DNA of 64,000 nucleotides from an uncultured Alphaproteobacteria bacterium. Its GTDB lineage: Bacteria; Pseudomonadota; Alphaproteobacteria; Rs-D84. Position numbers and translations under genes: made by a program. The first letter of the stretch is position 1. Every line of letters starts with the position of its first letter. The DNA is taken from NCBI GenBank assembly GCA_944389345.1, contig CALXMA010000003.1, forward strand, positions 24,294 to 88,293, given 5' to 3'. The notes beneath the pieces were generated by a model. It ran no database searches. It saw only the letters and a list, made by a program, of their open reading frames with translations, and had not been told where the DNA came from. Positions 60,381 through 64,000 of this stretch are shown here, piece after piece.

Positions 60381-60754
60381 GATATGCCCCCTGTACACGC
60401 CAAGCACGATATTGGTGACGGCGGATTTGATGTTACTCCGTAACATGCATACGTGGTGGTGGTTGGTGCACACGTACCGTAATTTTGCGTATACGATCCC
60501 TTGGAATCAGAACCACTGGTGGCGTCGCGACGACATTCGTCATACAAAACGTTATACGACCACCCTGTTGGACAAGTATAACTTGTTCCCTGTTTACCAT
60601 TCGGACAACAATATGACCCCGATCGGCAACTCGGAGAGCGCACACAAGTTTGCACGCTCATACATAACGTTGGCATTACCGCCCCAGCGGGCATTATGGG
60701 AACAGTCAGTGTTGCGAACACAACGGCCGTCCCGGCGATTAGATATTTTTTCAT
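60377..60754 (-). CDS. Small Cys-rich secreted protein (divergent relative of family S)
   Basis: GGGGGA RBS; signal peptide MKKYLIAG...AGA; internal TSGSDSKGSYT motif. Confidence 0.8.
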   Translation of the reverse strand: MKKYLIAGTAVVFATLTVPIMPAGAVMPTLCMSVQTCVRSPSCRSGSYCCPNGKQGTSYTCPTGWSYNVLYDECRRDATSGSDSKGSYTQNYGTCAPTTTTYACYGVTSNPPSPISCLACTGGIS

Positions 60755-61046
60755 TTTATCCCCCATTGTTTTAATAACCCGTCCGTCCAGACACCCAGAC
60801 GAACGAAACAAAAAACCGCCCATGAATTGGCGGTCGGGGATTTGAAAAATCATAAAAGAAAATGACCCCGCGATTTTTAGGGATTGCCCCCTGTTATATA
60901 GTCGCAGATCCCCGACACTCATGTCGGGTGATAAAACACACGGCGCACACGCGCCGACGTTTTCTTGTCGGATTCAGTACTGAATTAATCAGCACAGTTC
61001 TTTTACAGGATTTTCAAGTCCCTGAGCCGGCGTCCCCGCCAGTTCA
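60755..61046 (-). ncRNA. Structured leader RNA, copy C (NCCA-ended module 60917-60828; terminator ~60834-60809)
   Basis: GTCGGGGAT / ATCCCCGAC-C + GCCA; homologous to copy B. Confidence 0.78.
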
Positions 61047-61052
61047 ATACAA

Positions 61053-61081
61053 AGTATATCGTATCATTGACACAAAAACAA
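61053..61081 (-). promoter_or_regulatory. Putative sigma70 promoter of cassette C
   Basis: TTGTTT-17 nt-TATACT on the minus strand, same distance to the first hairpin as in copy B. Confidence 0.6.
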
Positions 61082-61082
61082 T

Positions 61083-61110
61083 AAAAAATCCCCCCGAAAT
61101 CGGGGGGACT
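61083..61110 (-). terminator. Terminator of the autotransporter gene
   Basis: tccccccga / tcgggggga inverted repeat with a T run on the minus strand. Confidence 0.8.
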
Positions 61111-61137
61111 GTTAAATTTCAGTTATATAATTTTTGA

Positions 61138-64000
61138 TTAAAAATCATATCTGAATTTCAACATACCTGTGTGCGACGTATAATCTTGGTGCAGATCCAG
61201 GTCATAGTTGACCGATATTTCCCACCCGTTATACAGCGCGGCCAATCCGATACCGAATTCGCCACCGAACCGCGACAGACGTTCACCCGGCATTACGTAT
61301 GAACCAATACCTGGGATATCAACTGTTGCGATTGATTCGTCTGACATAAAGTCATACGTTGCGGCCGCACGCAGTTCTGGACGGAACAACCAATCCGAAC
61401 CCGATTCGATTGTGAACGCATACTTTGCGCCAATCACACCGGTCAGATAATCATAGCTGGCATCAGATACCGCGCCCAACACGGAATTATAACCGTCTTG
61501 TGCGATATGCAGGTAACGGACACCGACCTCTGGCGTCAGACCGAACGCCATATCATAACCGCCCATCAATTGACCACCGAACGAATCGACATCATATTCT
61601 TCGTCATGTACGATACCAAACGCGGCCACTTTGTTGGTATAGTTGGACATTGTATAGTTCAACGTACCATTAACGTACCACTGATTTGGTTTATACTGGC
61701 CATACACGAACAAACTGTTGCTGGTGATATCAACATCGTTCTTGGCTTCGACATCAGATTCGTTATACGCGTATCCGATACCGATTGTGTATTTATCCGC
61801 GATTAACGCATCTGCACCGACGGCAATACCCATTGTGTCGCCTGTAAATTCATCCGCATATTTAGAATGATTATACAGACCCTGGGCCCACACGCCGTAT
61901 TCAGCATTTGCGAAATCACCACCGTTGCGTCCTGCGACCATTGCGCCACTCATACGGTTTGTTGCGACGGACAGAACCTGGTTCTGGACAGATGTCGCAA
62001 CAGATTGCGCCACGGGCTTATCCTGGGGCAACAATTTGGCCGTACCAGTTTCGACGTATTCGGTATCACCACGCGCCAACGCTTCTTGTACGTTCAGCGC
62101 CGCGATATTCAACGTGTCGTCTTGGCTGGACATCAATCCGGTCAACACAGCTGCCGCATTGGACGAAACACCGTTGTTTTCGGCAATTTCCGCCACCGAT
62201 TTCAACGATACAACCATGTTGTTATCTTCATTGAATTTAACATTGTAAACGGAATCGTTATATGCGATTTTGGCCTCTGGCACCGTAACACCAATGTTAT
62301 ACGTACCGACCGAACCCAACATCAGATCCAACACACCGTTTTCACCAACGACAATGTTTTCTGTCTGAATCTTTGCGAACGATTTTTCATTTACAATTTG
62401 CGCGGCCAACGTACCATTCAATGCAATCTCAGATTGCTGGATAGATGTTGTACCAATGCTTAACGTTGCGCCATCTTTAATGGTCAGATTACCGGTTCCG
62501 GTAATACCGCCACCCAACTTGGTCACACCACCACTGATAACCAGCGAACCTTCATTATGGATGTCGTTTGCAACGCCCGCGGCCGTATTGCCACTGAACA
62601 AGTTTTCACCGTCCAGAACAATGTTACCACGTCCGTTATTGTAAATGGCACCCCCCTGTTCACCGGCCTTGTTTCCGGTAAAATCGGTGTTTTTTAACGT
62701 AATGGTCGCAATGGCGGTGCCATCTGTATCCTGTGGCGCAACGTTTGCAATTGCACCGCCAATCTTATCTGCGCGATTGCTATTAAATTCAGAATCATCA
62801 ATCAACACAATATTACCGGCGTTAACAATTGCACCGGCCAACTTACCTTCATTTTTTTGGAACGACACGTGCGATATCTTGTCAATCACGCCCGCGTTGT
62901 AAATGGCACCACCGGCATTGCCCGCAACATTGTGCTTAAACTCAACCAGTTTCGTATTTGCAAAAGATAATGTTGCACCCTGTTCATTCCAGATTGCGCC
63001 ACCAAAATTTGCATTGTTGTCTTCAAACAACATACCATCGGCAATCGTGGTTTTCACAGTATTGAAAATCGCACCACCGTTTGCCTTGGCAATGTTGGTT
63101 TTGAATTCAGAATCAGACAATGTCAACGAAGACACCTCGGAATCTGCCCCCATACGTGTTGATATTGCACCACCGTATGTGCCAGATTCATTACCCGTGA
63201 ATGTGGAACCACTGATGGTTGTGTTGGATTCGTCGTACAAGAATATTGCACCGCCACCACCATTGGCATCCAACACGGGTTTGCCTGTTTCTACAACCTT
63301 TGTACCGGTTGTTTTATTTCCGGTAAATGTTGAATTTTTTACAACCAACGTTGCATCAGAAACAACCGCACCCCCTTCGGCACCGGTCTGGTTCTGGGCA
63401 AATGTGGAACCATCGATAGTCATTGTTGCGGTTGAACCGTTCTCCTGCAAAATGGCACCACCGGCAACTGTCGAATCATTCTTTTCAAACGTAGAATTCT
63501 TGATATCTACCGTACCCGTGACACCACTGCTTATAAACAGGGCACCACCACCAGCTGTTTTATTTGTACTACCAATAGCGTGGTTTGTATCAAAAGTAAA
63601 GTTATCTAAACTTAACACCGCATCCGCATTTTTACCATTATATGCCAATGCACCACCCTGTGCGCCCGTATTGTTTTCAAACGTATACCCTGTACCCAAC
63701 GTAGCGTCATTATTAGCAATATACAGCGCACCACCTACTTGCGTGGATGTGTTTTCAGAAAACTTTGCATTGTTCCCCATCACAAACTTATCCGCACCAA
63801 CATTGATATTAATCGCGGCGCCACCTTTCTTGGAATTGTTCTTTGTAAATACAGCATTATCACCAATTTCCAAAGAACCGTTATTAAATGCCGATAAAGC
63901 AATTCCACCTGCATTTCCTGTAAATTCTGCACCATCGCCTATTTTAATTTCACCACCACCATAGACGGCCGCCCCGGTTAAATTACCAGAAAATTTAACA
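61138..64000 (-). CDS. Autotransporter with Chlamydia Pmp-like GGA(I/L/V) and FxxN passenger repeats (5' end lies beyond the window)
   Basis: Many GGAI and FxxN repeats; C-terminal barrel from VWAQG to KFRYDF; frame stays open from 63873 to the window edge. Confidence 0.9.
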   Translation of the reverse strand, partial: VKFSGNLTGAAVYGGGEIKIGDGAEFTGNAGGIALSAFNNGSLEIGDNAVFTKNNSKKGGAAININVGADKFVMGNNAKFSENTSTQVGGALYIANNDATLGTGYTFENNTGAQGGALAYNGKNADAVLSLDNFTFDTNHAIGSTNKTAGGGALFISSGVTGTVDIKNSTFEKNDSTVAGGAILQENGSTATMTIDGSTFAQNQTGAEGGAVVSDATLVVKNSTFTGNKTTGTKVVETGKPVLDANGGGGAIFLYDESNTTISGSTFTGNESGTYGGAISTRMGADSEVSSLTLSDSEFKTNIAKANGGAIFNTVKTTIADGMLFEDNNANFGGAIWNEQGATLSFANTKLVEFKHNVAGNAGGAIYNAGVIDKISHVSFQKNEGKLAGAIVNAGNIVLIDDSEFNSNRADKIGGAIANVAPQDTDGTAIATITLKNTDFTGNKAGEQGGAIYNNGRGNIVLDGENLFSGNTAAGVANDIHNEGSLVISGGVTKLGGGITGTGNLTIKDGATLSIGTTSIQQSEIALNGTLAAQIVNEKSFAKIQTENIVVGENGVLDLMLGSVGTYNIGVTVPEAKIAYNDSVYNVKFNEDNNMVVSLKSVAEIAENNGVSSNAAAVLTGLMSSQDDTLNIAALNVQEALARGDTEYVETGTAKLLPQDKPVAQSVATSVQNQVLSVATNRMSGAMVAGRNGGDFANAEYGVWAQGLYNHSKYADEFTGDTMGIAVGADALIADKYTIGIGYAYNESDVEAKNDVDITSNSLFVYGQYKPNQWYVNGTLNYTMSNYTNKVAAFGIVHDEEYDVDSFGGQLMGGYDMAFGLTPEVGVRYLHIAQDGYNSVLGAVSDASYDYLTGVIGAKYAFTIESGSDWLFRPELRAAATYDFMSDESIATVDIPGIGSYVMPGERLSRFGGEFGIGLAALYNGWEISVNYDLDLHQDYTSHTGMLKFRYDF

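Noticed and set aside
60755-60922. 56-aa N-terminal extension of the 60377 ORF
   Set aside because: The RBS and signal peptide point to ATG 60754; the extension runs through the structured leader and its terminator
62903-63964. 353-aa plus-strand ORF
   Set aside because: Antisense shadow of the repetitive autotransporter gene

Overview
Chromosomal window of a host-associated alphaproteobacterium with a compact gene layout. The class assignment rests on CcrM, an alpha-type MotA/MotB-like pair and RpsB; placement among uncultured gut lineages such as Rs-D84/'Ca. Enterousia' is my inference. Housekeeping genes (tyrS, rpsB-tsf, polA, pth, clpB, clpPX, nrdR, rnhB, pgk, recO, rpsF-rpsR-rplI, rpsU, rpmB, infA, three tRNAs) are interleaved with many envelope and secreted proteins: a subtilase, alpha-2-macroglobulin-pbpC, beta-barrels, a Pmp-like autotransporter cut by the window edge, and two paralogous families of cysteine-rich secreted proteins. 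The main observation is three dispersed cassettes (38.1, 49.7 and 60.1-61.1 kb). In each, a sigma70-like promoter precedes a ~240-290 nt structured leader and small Cys-rich secreted protein gene(s) with a shared C-terminal motif. The leaders diverge in sequence but keep one architecture with compensatory changes: a 71-94 nt module closed by an acceptor-like stem plus NCCA, which overlaps an intrinsic terminator and carries two copy-specific 6-8 nt words complementary to the leader 5' arm, while its 3' strand is also complementary to the RBS/start codon. This resembles phage P1 C4 / P4 CI antisense switches, but no phage genes are nearby. Also notable: a tRNA-Leu with anticodon AAG, tRNA-derived tandem repeats at both tRNA-Leu genes, a ClpB without its N-domain, and a CcrM with DSPY in place of DPPY. 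All alignments and pairings were done by eye.
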